Assembly: GCF_964194025.1 (NCBI RefSeq)
Contig: NC_134482.1
Location: forward strand, 36,704,001-36,768,000
DNA from: Convolutriloba macropyga
Taxonomy: Eukaryota
Direction of reading: 5' to 3'
DNA length: 64,000 bases
Shown piece by piece: positions 29,301 to 41,329 of this stretch. The notes beneath the pieces were generated by a model. The model saw only the letters and a program-made list of their open reading frames with translations, made no database searches and had not been told where the DNA came from. Position 1 is the first letter of the stretch, and the number at the start of each line of letters is the position of its first letter. The translations under genes and the position numbers were made by a program.

Positions 29301-32300
29301 CCCATATTTACTGAACGATGTTTATGTGTTTTGAGCCGGTCGTCCTTTTAATGAGTCCGTGTCCATTTCCAATGGAACTTTCATCAGAAGAGATTGTAAA
29401 TTTATGATCCGACAATTTTTTACACAATTCACCAATTTGAGACGCAATCCAAGGTAATCTGATCTGATTTTCTCTTCAATTGGACATGTTCGTTACTCTA
29501 ACTTAAAAACGGTGCTAAATTTTGGACAATGTTACAAAAAGAGGCCTTCCCTTGGAAACAAATTTCTTCCTCGCTGTACTCTGTGACCCTCGGTCGTCTT
29601 TTTCACAACTCGATCCGCTGTCCATTGGTTACTTTGAACAGATTATATTTTCCCAAGGTTTTATGTTGCATGATTTAAGAGATTTTAGCTGTTTATCGTT
29701 TGGTCGTCCAATCTTTATAATTGTTTTCGAAAGGCCAATATCTGATTGGCTGTACTCTTGTATATAAATGTACGAACATTGGTTTACATTTGTCCGTTTT
29801 GTATTGAAAACATTAGTTGTTCAATTTTAACTGAAATATCCTCAGTTAACAATTTGAACACTGATATTTCACTGAGAATGGATCCAGGCTCAGTGAGAAT
29901 GGATCTTGTTTGCAATAACTCTGTCAATGTTTATTCAGGTTGCAGTACTTCAGAAATTCAGTTCTGCCCCGTGATTTTTGCTTCCCTTGTGCTAAAAAGA
30001 ATTTGTGCTAACTTGATGCTGAGGGATGTAATCCGAGTTATAGGCGTCCTTGTTTTTTTTATTATACTCTGAACCTCAAAAGTGTTTTTTCGGTTTAATT
30101 GTGTCTCATTTTTGAAGATTGCTTTCTGGACGTTGAGAACACTGTTTTCAAGTCTTGCTTATCCGTTTTTCTTAAAATATTCTTGCAAAGGTACAATTTT
30201 GGCATCTAATTCCTGTTCAACACGTTTCAAAAGCTCAAATAAGAATAATACGTTATTCACAAACTTTACTTAGAATTGCATTCAATGCCTTCAAAAGTTT
30301 GTCTTGAAAACCACTATTTTTATATTGATTTACGTATTTGCAGTTGGTAGAAAAGTGACCTAACTGCAAATTTTGTTGATTATTCTTCACTATAGGGTTT
30401 CTTCAAGCAGGTTAATCTTCCATTTATGGTATGTAACAAATTACTTTGTTATTTTTATAGACAAGTTAATAATGTTATTATTTACCAAGCATTTTGCTAG
30501 AAGATAACCTAGCGAGTTCTTCTAGATACAAAAAAAATAAATACATCTTTTAGAAACAATTTTTCATTAGTCCCAACATTCTATTCAAAAAATTATAAAC
30601 TTCAAAACGTGGCTGAATACTTGAAATTACATGCAAAAGATAGGTTTTGGTTCCCTTTTAAAAAAAACCCACTTCAATGCCTTTATTTCGTTCCATATAT
30701 GTTATACTAGAAAGCGATTTAACATGCAAGGAACATGTTCGAGAGGTCTTTTCAAAGTGTAGCTATATTTTTAGGGCCGCCATAGAATCTGAGATTTTCA
30801 CATCATGTAGCAACTACCCAGATGTGCGTTATGAAAATATTATATCACCGCTTCCCTATTCAATGGAAATAGCGGTGCAATGGTCCGCACATAAGCAGCT
30901 GACGAGGAGATCTCTTGAGAAGAAAAGGATGTAGAGACTGACATTCTGGCATCTGTCTTTATCTTCTTCTAGCAGTAAATCTCATGTTTTCTTCAGAATT
31001 GAATCTTTTTTCGTTAAGACCGCCAGAAAAATTTCTGTAAGTACCTGACATAGGTTACACTTTTTTAAGTTTGCGCCCTCATCTGTTCATCATCTTGGTG
31101 CGACATCGAACATATGGTTTGCGATATATTTAAGCTTATGTCCGTAGCTGGCGCTGTTTGGAAAACTCCCCTTAGCCTCATAGTAGTTGCCAGCTAGGTT
31201 GTAATGGCAATAATACTGAATTTATTTTTTACCTATTCTTCGTTAGTAAAGTATATACTCCCTTAGCGTTTGCAAAGCTCATTTTCATCATATGAATGAC
31301 TTATAATTTGAATGCAGATAGCAATTCACAATTACTCACTTTGCAGAGCTTTGTTTATTTTGTCTGTTTTCTGTAGCTTTCGTTATTTTTCCTGCATTTT
31401 TTTCTAATAGATTTTGAGGACTACGGGTTCAAATAAATCTTTTATTTTTCTCTGCAAATGGTTGCGAATGATGGCGAGAATGCGCTAGATTGTGGGTAAG
31501 TTTATTCAAAATTTAAACGTTCTCGATAATTGATCTTATTTATTTTAAGATTTTAGGTGTTCGTACTTAAAGCTTATGTCTTCGTATTCAGTTTTAAAGC
31601 TCTTCCAATGTGAAAGTTTGGAAACAACTGAAATGAGGTCTTTTTCAGAAAAATGAATGTTTGAGATAACAACACAGAGATTACCATTATATAAACTCTT
31701 CAGGTATGATCAAACAGTTTTGAATCAATTTTTTCTACAGCCTCTACTCACTACTACATTAAATTCGTAAAACAACCTCTTTTCTGGAATCTTTTTTGAT
31801 AATTACCCTAAAACTTTGAGTTTGACAATAAGTTTGTCAGGACCTATATTTACTGAACGATGTTTATGGGTTTTGATCCGGTCGTCCTTTTAATGAGTCC
31901 GTGTCCATTTCCAATGGAACTTTCATGAGAAGAGATTGTAAATTTATGATCCGACAATTTGTTACGCAATTCACCAATTTGAGACGCAATCCAAGGTAAT
32001 CTGATCTGATTTTCTCTTCAATTGGACATGTTCCTTACTCTAACTTATAAACGGTGCTAAATTTTAGACAATGTTACAAAAAGAGGCCTTCCCTTGGAAA
32101 CAAATTTTTTCCTCGCTGTACTCTGTGACCCTCGGTCGTCTTTTTCACAACTCGATCCGCTCTCCATTGGTTACTTTGAACAGATTATATTTTCCCAAAG
32201 TTTTATGTTGCATGATTTAAGAGATTTTAGCTGTTTATCATTTGGTCGTCCAATCTTTATAAATGTTTTCGAAAGGCCAATATCTGATTGGCTGTACTCT

Positions 32301-32413
32301 TGAATATAAATGTACCAACATTGGTTTACTTTTGTCCGTTTTGTATTGAAAAAATTAATTGTTCAATTTTAATTGAAAAATCCTCAGTTAACAATTTGAA
32401 CACTGATATTTCA
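24780..32413. repeat. Tandem triplication, unit about 2.545 kb (starts about 24780, 27329, 29874), high identity
   Basis: gagaatggatccag..gagaatggatcttgtttgcaataac opens each unit; recurring ORFs at 26977/29522/32094, 27539/30082 and 28105/30677. Confidence 0.97.
25600..25925 (+). mobile_element. LINE ORF2 post-RT fragment (copies also at about 28144-28469 and 30686-31011)
   Basis: YVILESDLTCKEHVREVFSKCS...YENIISPLP...QWSAHKQLTRRSLE resembles LG+.LD..L.W..H+..+.SK...LY..++.P.L.Y...W. It is absent from the older paralogous unit at about 22680. Confidence 0.65.
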
Positions 32414-32799
32414 TTCGATGAGGAGTGGTTAGTTTCGAGTTCTTGGCGATAGTTGTCAGATAAATGACTAATTATAATAGTTTTATTTGCGATTACCACC
32501 TAATTTTAAGAAGTTATTAGCATCACAAAGTTATTATAAAATTTTCTCAAACCGGAATTTTTTCTGTTATGTGATGTCCAATGAATTCTAAAAATATCAT
32601 AAAAAATATATTAGGACTAAATCATCTATTTAAATACATTAAAGACAAAATAAGTAACACTACAGAAAACAGATAATATAACATGAAGTTCCGCAAAGTA
32701 ACAAAATAATTGTAGATCTCTTACTCTCTTCAATTTATAAGCAAATCATTTTGGTAATATGAGCTCCGCCAACGCTAAGCGGGTACATCGCTCCAAACG

Positions 32800-33630
32800 C
32801 TAAACTATGTCCAATGGAGTCTGCCGCGGGGCAGAAATCGTGTTACAGTATTAATCTTCGTTCGCGATCGAAGTGTGTTGTATCATTTTGACTGTTGCGT
32901 GCTTCAGTTGTCGCATTGGTGTTCAGTTTAGATACCGTTTTGATATTAGGTGCTTATGCCAGTGCCCGATAGGGTTCTACAGTTTCTTTTAGAATCCGCG
33001 CTGTGTCTCGCTCTCTAGAATATTGGCTACAAGGATATCCCAACTGATGCAATGTTCCTGGCCTCTTTTATCGAAGTTTTCAGATGTTTTAGGTGACCAG
33101 AAATCTTTTCAATTGGTTCCTCTTTTAATATAGTGGAGAAAATGTATCTATCAAGGTTACATTCCGACTTTTAAAAATTTTATTCCGGAGTTCCCAGAAA
33201 TCCTTTGTTGTTGTTTCATCAGAAATAACATTTGACTGTTTCGAATTTAATTTGTGGTGGTCTTCCGTGCCTGTGTTCAGGTAGATACTCAAAAGGACAT
33301 CCAATGATATTAATTCTCGTGCTAAATTTGATAGATTCAAATAGATACGTAAATATGCCAATAACATAAGGGTTTCAAACGTTAAGTTTTCCAAGAAAGG
33401 TTTTATGCCTAGAAGGGCTTTTTGCGTCTTTGCGTGGCGGCCTCCCAAATTAAACTGTCGGGCATCAGTTTGATAACTGTAGGCGAATGAATCGACTAAC
33501 AAAGTAACTGGAAGGGCTGAGCGATGCAATTAAATCTTAGGTTCATCTTATTGCAAGGCAAACTCAATTAGGTTACGTTCATTGAACATTGAGAGAATTC
33601 AGACACAAATTCCTTTCCAAAATTAAAGTA
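32800..33630 (-). mobile_element. Decayed LINE RT / post-RT fragment
   Basis: FNFGKEFVS (about D+.KAFD), LVDSFAYSYQTDARQFNLGG..KTQKALLGI (about SYL.DR.Q.V...G+PQ), TLMLLAY, ISL*PI (about S++RP+LEY). Confidence 0.5.
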
Positions 33631-35105
33631 AAATCGTAACCAAATAACACAGACTACGAAAAACTAGTTTTAGGTCAATTAAAAAATCCAGATCTGATCA
33701 AACAACTGGTAGTATGAGTGAGAGAAGTAGAGGGTAAGGTAATTTAGTACTAATAGTCATTTGTTTTTGTACCACAGCTCAATAACAAGTACTAATAATC
33801 AATCGTTTGCGTAGTTTTCTTTTTCATAAATTGAAATCCGGACACGCTCTTAAAAAAGCAGTCCCCTCGAGGCTTAAATTTATCTTCTTTTTTGGGGACT
33901 GGTCAATGGTTTCGCTGAAATTCTGGGTTGTGGTCAGACGTCACAGACTCTGAAAAGCTTCGGATCTGACTGTGCAGACTCTTTGTGGGGATTACATCAG
34001 ACTTTGACAGGATTACCAGGATCCTATCACACAACTATTTAGAGCCTATAAAACGCTATGATTAGGCCACGAGAATGCGGGCAGGGTACCGATTGGATTT
34101 TCCAGACCATAGGTAGTACGTTGGCCACACTGTGCAGACTGTAGACGGGGCCGTTATCAGACCGTTGTTACTATTTTAAGACTCTCTGCTCGAGCTGTCG
34201 TTTACCCACCGTTCGCGACGTTGAACAATCTAGTCAGCGCTGGCTCGGATGCTCTACTTCATCCTTTGTTTCATTTGTAAGGCATTAGAACAAGGGCATT
34301 ATTTCCTTCACAACACTCACAACCGATTCACACTCATCCCAAGAAATGCGCGTCTGAAGCAATAATTAGGGATACCCAGGTTGAAGTCCTTCACCCCAAT
34401 AACACCAGTATCCCAATTAGCAATCAGACAAAGTGAGACCATTGAGTTTTATCAAGAACACTCATTCGATCAAGCTTTCCATGCGACTTTCATGCAACAC
34501 GAATTTTTTGTGCTAAATTTTTTGCAGCCAAAGCTCCCCTGATGAGACGAAATTTTTTACAATAATATTTGCATCCTATTGTAGTTTTGAACAGTTTTAG
34601 AGTTGAAAAGAAAATTTTTATAGTTAAGTTAAAGTTAGCATACAACTGATTGTTGAAACTATCAACAAACATTTGTCGAAGCAATTTTTGTGCCCTCCAA
34701 AATATTGTTATCAAACGGTCAGTTAAGTCTCTCCAATTAAGTTGTGTGTCGAACTATTTCCAGACTCTTGTCTCTGGTAGGATTTTGTTGCAAACATTTA
34801 ACAGATTTTTGTGCGACCATAGCAGATTTTAGAGCGTGTAATATGGAACGCACTATAACACCTATATTTTTTTTCGGAACGCACTCTATTTTTTTCTGAA
34901 AAGAATTGTCCTGGGTCAGTAATGTTAACTGGGATAGAATTGTAGTCTACTCACTCCAGTAGTAATCATTGGCAATTTTGCTCGACATTCCAAAAAGTTT
35001 TTGGCAACAAGAAGATGTGATTATCTTTGATTTTTTAGAAAGGAGAAAACTGTATAATTATCAAGAATATCAATTCAATCGCAGCGGCGTCGAAATATAA
35101 AGAAA

Positions 35106-36020
35106 AACCGTCCCAGAGAAAAGACCGTCCCAGACCCTCCAAGACAAAAGTGACCTCTAATCTGACCGACCCAAACTTAATTGACCTCTCATCAGAATTC
35201 GTGTGCGTCTTAAGTGCGCTCAAAAGCCTCCTCGGACGGGATTAATGTGCGCTCAAAAGTTATTCCTGATCAGAAAAGCATGAATTCAGTTCCTCCACTG
35301 ATCACACTAAAGTGCGCTCTTAATTGCTTCTGATTAGACTAAAGTGAGCCCAAAAATGCAAGAAAGTGAGCTCTAAACTACTTGATGGTTTTAAACATGG
35401 ACAAATCTCTTAGTCTCAATGTATATTTTTTTCACAAAAAATTATGTTTCCAGTAATGTATTGATAAAATTACAAAACAATTTAATAAAATTAATTCTAA
35501 GAGTAACGCTTAAAAAATTCTAAGTATCAAATTGTATAGCACATTTTATATAGCATGCGATTAAATCATGTTTTGACTTTGAACTTCGCAGTTTTGCATA
35601 GAAAACGTCCTCATCTACTATAAAATTACATCTAGTGGAGACCAGCAATTCCTCCTAGCTGGACCCTTTTTGTTCTAATCAGCGCCAACAGACTTTGATG
35701 ATTCTCTGATCAGAAGGTTTCTTTTAAGTTTCTATATTGGTGAAGTAATCTGTCACTATAAAATGCAAGAAATACTAGAAAGAAAAAAAATTGCGCTAAA
35801 ATTTGTTTCTGATCAGATTGAATTGCACTTGAAATTTTTTCTGGTCAGACTAGTGTGTGCTCAATTCCGCCTCAGATCAGACCGTCCCAGACCAAAGCAA
35901 CCTCTGAAGTGACTAGTTGCAGGCCAAAGATCAGACTAAAATGCGATCGAAGCCTTTTCCAGACCATCTAATTCGAGCGCACCGTGCGCATGTGTTTGCT
36001 CAAAGATGGTCTAATCAGAG
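35106..36020. repeat. Degenerate short-unit repeat patches (accgtcccagac; tgatcagactaaagtgcgctc-like units)
   Basis: accgtcccaga occurs at about 35107, 35123 and 35881, and also just inside the left TIR of the 12482 element; recurring gtgcgctc/tcagac words. Confidence 0.5.
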
Positions 36021-36943
36021 GTCACAATTTAAGCTGGATGAACAGTTTAAGTAAGACGTTTTTGCTCAAATCAATATACCAAAGCCATCGGGAGTTAACT
36101 GCAGAAATTTCAATGGCGCTTTTCATGTCTGGATCATAAGCATTTTTTTAGGTATCGTGTTTTCCTAAATCTGAGGAAGCTCGATTCTAGATCATGCATT
36201 TTGCAAGACTTCCTAGGTCTGTTCACAACGTGATCGTGCGTCATATTCAATTTTGTTTTGGATGGGTTTGTCACACGGAGTTTTAAAGGAGCACATGAAC
36301 ACACCAAAACATTGAACGAGCCAAAGTTTGAACCACAAGTTACTTGTTTTGAACATGGACCTCAACCTGAGTTGACATCAAAGAATCGGAACGAGTTTCG
36401 AACGACTATTTGGATTACTCTCTTCTCTCAAAAGATTTCAGCTGAAGTAATTTTGAGAAGGTATATCAAATTGGATCAAACTTCAACTTCCATTAACCAC
36501 ATACACAAACCTTTTTAAGATTTGAAATTTGTTCACACAATTGCGGATCTGAATTGAACAAACTAAACTTAGACGCATGATAACTTTAAGCCAGATTAAG
36601 TTGCAGAGGAATTAATTGTACATAAGTTGATATTTGATTCTAAAAAGGATATAAATTGACGCTCGGGTGACCAACCGGAACTTGTTCTTATGTATTTTGG
36701 ATTCCTTTGGAACATCTGTTGCTTTCACTGATGTCATTTATCAAAGCAAGACTATGATAATCCTTGCAATAAAATTTCAAAATTTCATGCTAAAAATGAA
36801 AATTTCTAAAATTTCATGAGTGGAAAACTTGTAAAAACTATTCTATTGAATATAAGTGCGCAACCAAGCTTAGCTGAAACTTACTGTGCTATTTTTCCTA
36901 TTTCTTTATCTTTCCAAAAATATTCTATACTGTAATCTACAAA

Positions 36944-38238
36944 ATGGCCAAACTGGTGGAGCATGTTTTGATCGGTGAGTTGTTTTTTTTAAGATTAATG
37001 CGATTAGCTCCGGGAATATTTTTCAGAGAATCACCTGAAATAACCTCAAGAATTTAACTTATTATTAAATTACTAAGTTATGAAAGCTTTTTGAAGGTTA
37101 AGGGGACAACCTGTAAATTTGAAGCGTTACAAATTTTGCAGAGAGCAAAAATAGGAAAGCTTTATTTTCACTTCAAAAACTTTTTTGTAAGTTGAATGTG
37201 ATGATTGAAGTAATTTTTGTTTTTTCATCCAACATCCTCCCCTTAGCTCACATAATTTAACTGCTATTCTCAACCAATTATAAACAATTTTCCGGTTAAA
37301 AAATCTCCGGTGATACCTCGGCCGGGGAAGCGATGAAACCTCGACCTAGTTTTCCGCTCCGAGTACTTTTGTAGACAAGATTATAATCTTTCTGTTCCTT
37401 AGTTTTCTAATTTTTTATTATATCTTTTTCTATTTGGGAAAAGAGGTTGCTTTGGGAATAAATATGCTTTTATTTATTTCCAGCGTCGGCGCTCATTTGC
37501 ATTTCGTGCGTGGTTGCCACATCGACTACTTTGAGTCCGAACGCGACAGATGCAAACGTGACAACCGCAGAACCCTTAGTCTTCGACGATGATATTCGGA
37601 AATCTACAAAAGCACTCGGATTTGAGGCGTACATGCTTTCGAAGGACACTTTGCGAGCATGCAACAAAATAAATTACGTCACAATGGAAATCGAAGAAGA
37701 ATCGGCCGATGGGAGCGATGAGGTGGGATCCGATAGCGAGGCCGCGAAGAAAGACTCAATGTTCTCTTACGGATTCATCGCGATTCAGGTCAGTGACCTT
37801 TATGACGTCATCAAAGAATGCAACGAGACCCTCTCCGATGGCGAAAATGACACCGACTCAATTTGGGACCTGACAGACCAGATTGTTGACATTATGGAAT
37901 CGGGTTCTGCTAACATCACCGATATCCTTTCGCTTTTCGAAATGGTAAAGAACGACACCGCTTTGTATGACTCGGCTATTTCCGAATGGTCGAAAAAGTT
38001 GACAAAGTTGGCAATGAATGTGATCACGGCGGCGCGGGACGCTTACAAAATGGTTCGGGACGATTCGGAAAGCGGAGCCGAGGCGGTTGACGACGCGAAA
38101 GACGCGATGACTGAGATCAAATACATGGCGGGTAAAATCAAACAACTTGCAAAAGAAATGGTCGATCACAAAGATGAGATCTACGAAGACATAATGGCTT
38201 ACCAAGAGACGGTTGAAAAAGAACTCGAGACTTACTGA
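36944..38238 (+). CDS. Orphan secreted acidic alpha-helical protein, 261 aa; exons 36944-36974 and 37484-38238
   Basis: aaaATGG start; donor G|GTGAGT; acceptor TTTCCAG|. The phase-1 join gives MAKLVEHVLIASALICISCVVATS (signal-peptide-like) in frame with ORF 37510..38238. GC content is raised relative to the flanks; six N-x-T sequons. Confidence 0.88.
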
Positions 38239-39589
38239 AAGTGGAATCGAGAACTTGGAACTTAGTTCTTGATTGAGTTCCATTTCTATGTTTGGTTAAG
38301 GGTTTCGATGAAATTCTTCTGCTTTTGATTCGTAAATTTTTTGTATATAATTCAGTATTTTTCGCATTCGTAACACCCTTGGAAATGCCTCTTGTAAAGT
38401 TTGGTACTGCCCCCCCCCCCCTGGTGAACAAAGTTTTTTAAATCCTTAACCTGTGTGAAAAAATCAGTGTTTTTGCAATCACAATGGTTTGCATAGCCTC
38501 ATAAGACATGAACTAGCTATGACGTTTAAAATATAACGTTAAAAAACGTGGCAAACAAACTAAAGGAAGTCATTTTAAACAAGGGCGGACTGTATGATAC
38601 CTACGTTTCGAAACCAACAAAACCACAAAACCGAAGCTTCTTATATTTAAAACTAACAAAAACCGGCGAAACAGAATAAAAATTAACGGCTTCGATCGAT
38701 GTGGCCAAATAGAATCGATGATCTTTTATGAAAAAAATCCCATCTAGGACAGACAGATTCGCATTCTTCTCTTGAGTTTTCATTGATCGTTCGAGTTGAC
38801 AAAATACAACCGAAACACAGCTGCAAACAAAATAAAAGCTTATAAATTTTTGAAAAAAACTACGCTTCCTATTTGATAAAAAAATTCCCAAGCATATTGT
38901 GTTTTGTGAATGATTTGTGTAACAAATCTTGATGTATGCATACCTTAATGGATGCATTTACTGGGGCAAATGTTGATAGTTATCTTATAAGAAGATACCA
39001 TTTTTATGCAAAAACAAACTTGCAAAGCCATGTTTCGTGTACAAAAGGCAAAAACTTGAACGATGACGGTTTAAGTCGGAGTGTAAACCTGTAAGATTCG
39101 CTTCGATCAAGTTTGTCTCTCTTTGGCTCTTTTCCATTTATTATCTTCACTTAATGCAAAATTAGACGAAAAAACATGCATGTTGAAAGCAATAATCCGT
39201 GAGTAAATTTCAAAAGAAAACCGAAGTGGCAACAAACATTGCTTAACTTCATTTTTTAAACGTGTTATAAGATATGAACTGCTTTTTTCTGCTCCCAATA
39301 CTTTGAAAGAGAAAACGTGGGAATTTCAAATTAACACCTTTTTTATTTCAAGCACATCTTGTCTTTTTGAGGGCATCAGTACGTGGCAGATGTCCAAAAA
39401 AACGAACGTGAAAACTTTGAAGAGTCCTAATCTTTCTTTGCTAATTTCCACGCCATAAAAAACTGGTGTTCACGGTATAAGTAACTCTTTCCAAATAATT
39501 AAGATAATCGCAATTAGACTGAAATGACTGAAGAATATCCAACTGGTGAACTGTTTCAGAAATTTCCCTCTCGATTCTTTTTTGCGGAT

Positions 39590-39880
39590 TGAGAAAATTA
39601 TTAGCAGTTTTGTGATTACACATATCATTGTTCACAAGAACGATTAGGTTTTCTAATTGGGTCTCAAAATGTGTGCATTTTAGGCTTTATTAATTGCACG
39701 TTCAATGTTGTGGAAATGGGTTTTGATAATCCAGGACTACTCGTGATAAAATGTAACCCATTCCACAATATAAGTGATTTATTCTGACGTTTTGCGTAGA
39801 AAAATGTGATGGCTAAAAGTGGCATATGGATTTTGTACAGGTGGACACGTTTTGAACACTCGCTTCCACAAAAAGTTTAC
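39590..39880. repeat. Old dispersed repeat; homolog at about 59070-59345
   Basis: attacacat.tcattgttcacaa.aac.attaggt, cacgttcaa.gttgtgga and ggacacgtttt..actcg.ttcca are shared and collinear. Confidence 0.7.
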
Positions 39881-41329
39881 TTTCTTTTGAAAATTTTATT
39901 GCATTAAGATTCAAGGTTTCTTCCGTAACGGTTCATTGTTGTGGCAGCCTTTCAATCTAATCTATCTGTACAAATAAAGCGTAAACTAATGAAGCTTCTA
40001 ATTTAATTGCTATGATTTTTTTCTCTTAAACGGTCCTAGTTACTCTGTTATTACTTATTTCAAATACATGTTGCATTGCTTTCCGTTTAGGGTAAAATTT
40101 CAGTAGTTTTCGACAATGTTTTAAATATTCGCCGTATTAAAACTCTAAAACATATAAGTTTTTATTCACATGGCCTTTTATTTTTATATGCTTGGGTTCA
40201 TTTGATCTCGATGAACAAGGAATTGTTAAATAAATCCGCCAGTTAAAGAAGTCCATAATTTCTTTCTTTTCACTTCATTAACGGTCACGTTATGCTGCCT
40301 GCCAAAGTGATCTTTCTTTTTTTGTGCCTTTGCCACTGTTTCAGCATTTTGCGGCAGATTGGTTTTGTCTTCTGCATTTGAGTATTTCTCAACACTTCTG
40401 CTCAAAAACATGAAGCAGAAAAAAAAGACTTTACTAGCTGACGAATTTCATTAACAATTCATCTTAAAAAAATCAAATTTTTTAACTGAATCAAAGTAGA
40501 TGAGCCAATTATTGTGAAAAAAATTTGCTTCAGCGTACTATATTGCTTCTTATGTGAAGCTAAAAATCAAGGCTACAAATAGGTAGATCAGAAAAAAACT
40601 GGTAAAAAACTGAAAAAAATAATATAGGTTCTTCTGTAGTTTTTTGTTTCACTTTTTTGAATATCAAGTTAGAGAATAAAAAGATTATAATGATACAATA
40701 CTTTTAAATTTTTCCGTTGAAATTTCTGAAATTTTGTTGCCCCAATAAGCTTCATGTGAAAGACAGCAGATCATGATAAAATAAACTTTGAATTGAGATT
40801 CAATAAAATTGACCATAAAGTTTTCGAAATTCATATAAACTCTTTAAAAGCATAAAGAGAGACTGGACGAACTGGCAAAGCAAAATCAAAAACGAAAAAT
40901 CGTCAAGAAAACATTGAAATGGAGACATAATTGATCCCTTTTTAATCATAACAATACTTTTTGCGTTTGTAGCTTTCGAAGAAACTAAGCGCAAGTAGAG
41001 AATTCCTTTTAACTGAAGGTTAATCGGCCATTTTCGGATCCACTGAACACTCAAATATTTTTTTTCTTCAAACTGCAGTTACAAACATTTGCATCTTTGC
41101 ACATTCAAATAAATTAACTGTTTTTCTGATATTTTTCTTTAGGCTAGATAGAATACTCAACTTGAGGTGAAAATGTCACTAAAAAATTTGTTGACGAGTT
41201 GATGCGGTATTTTGCATAAGATGTGGTTGACTCGTTAAAACTTTCAAGATTTAGGGCAACAAATTTGCAATGCAATGTATTGTTTCATAAGAACTTTCAT
41301 GAAACTTGCAAATTCTACCAACTTATAAT

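Noticed and set aside
26977-32303. Recurrent short ORFs suggesting a tandem gene family
   Set aside because: They recur only because of the DNA triplication. Stops and frameshifts differ among copies, and part is LINE-derived.
6600-33600. Endogenous giant virus or Polinton as the source of the decayed coding-like DNA
   Set aside because: I saw no pPolB, integrase, capsid or packaging ATPase motifs; the recognisable motifs are LINE-type
37470-38431. Minus-strand ORFs overlapping the secreted-protein gene, and shadow ORFs at 50163-50689
   Set aside because: Antisense or alternative-frame shadows of real, GC-richer coding exons
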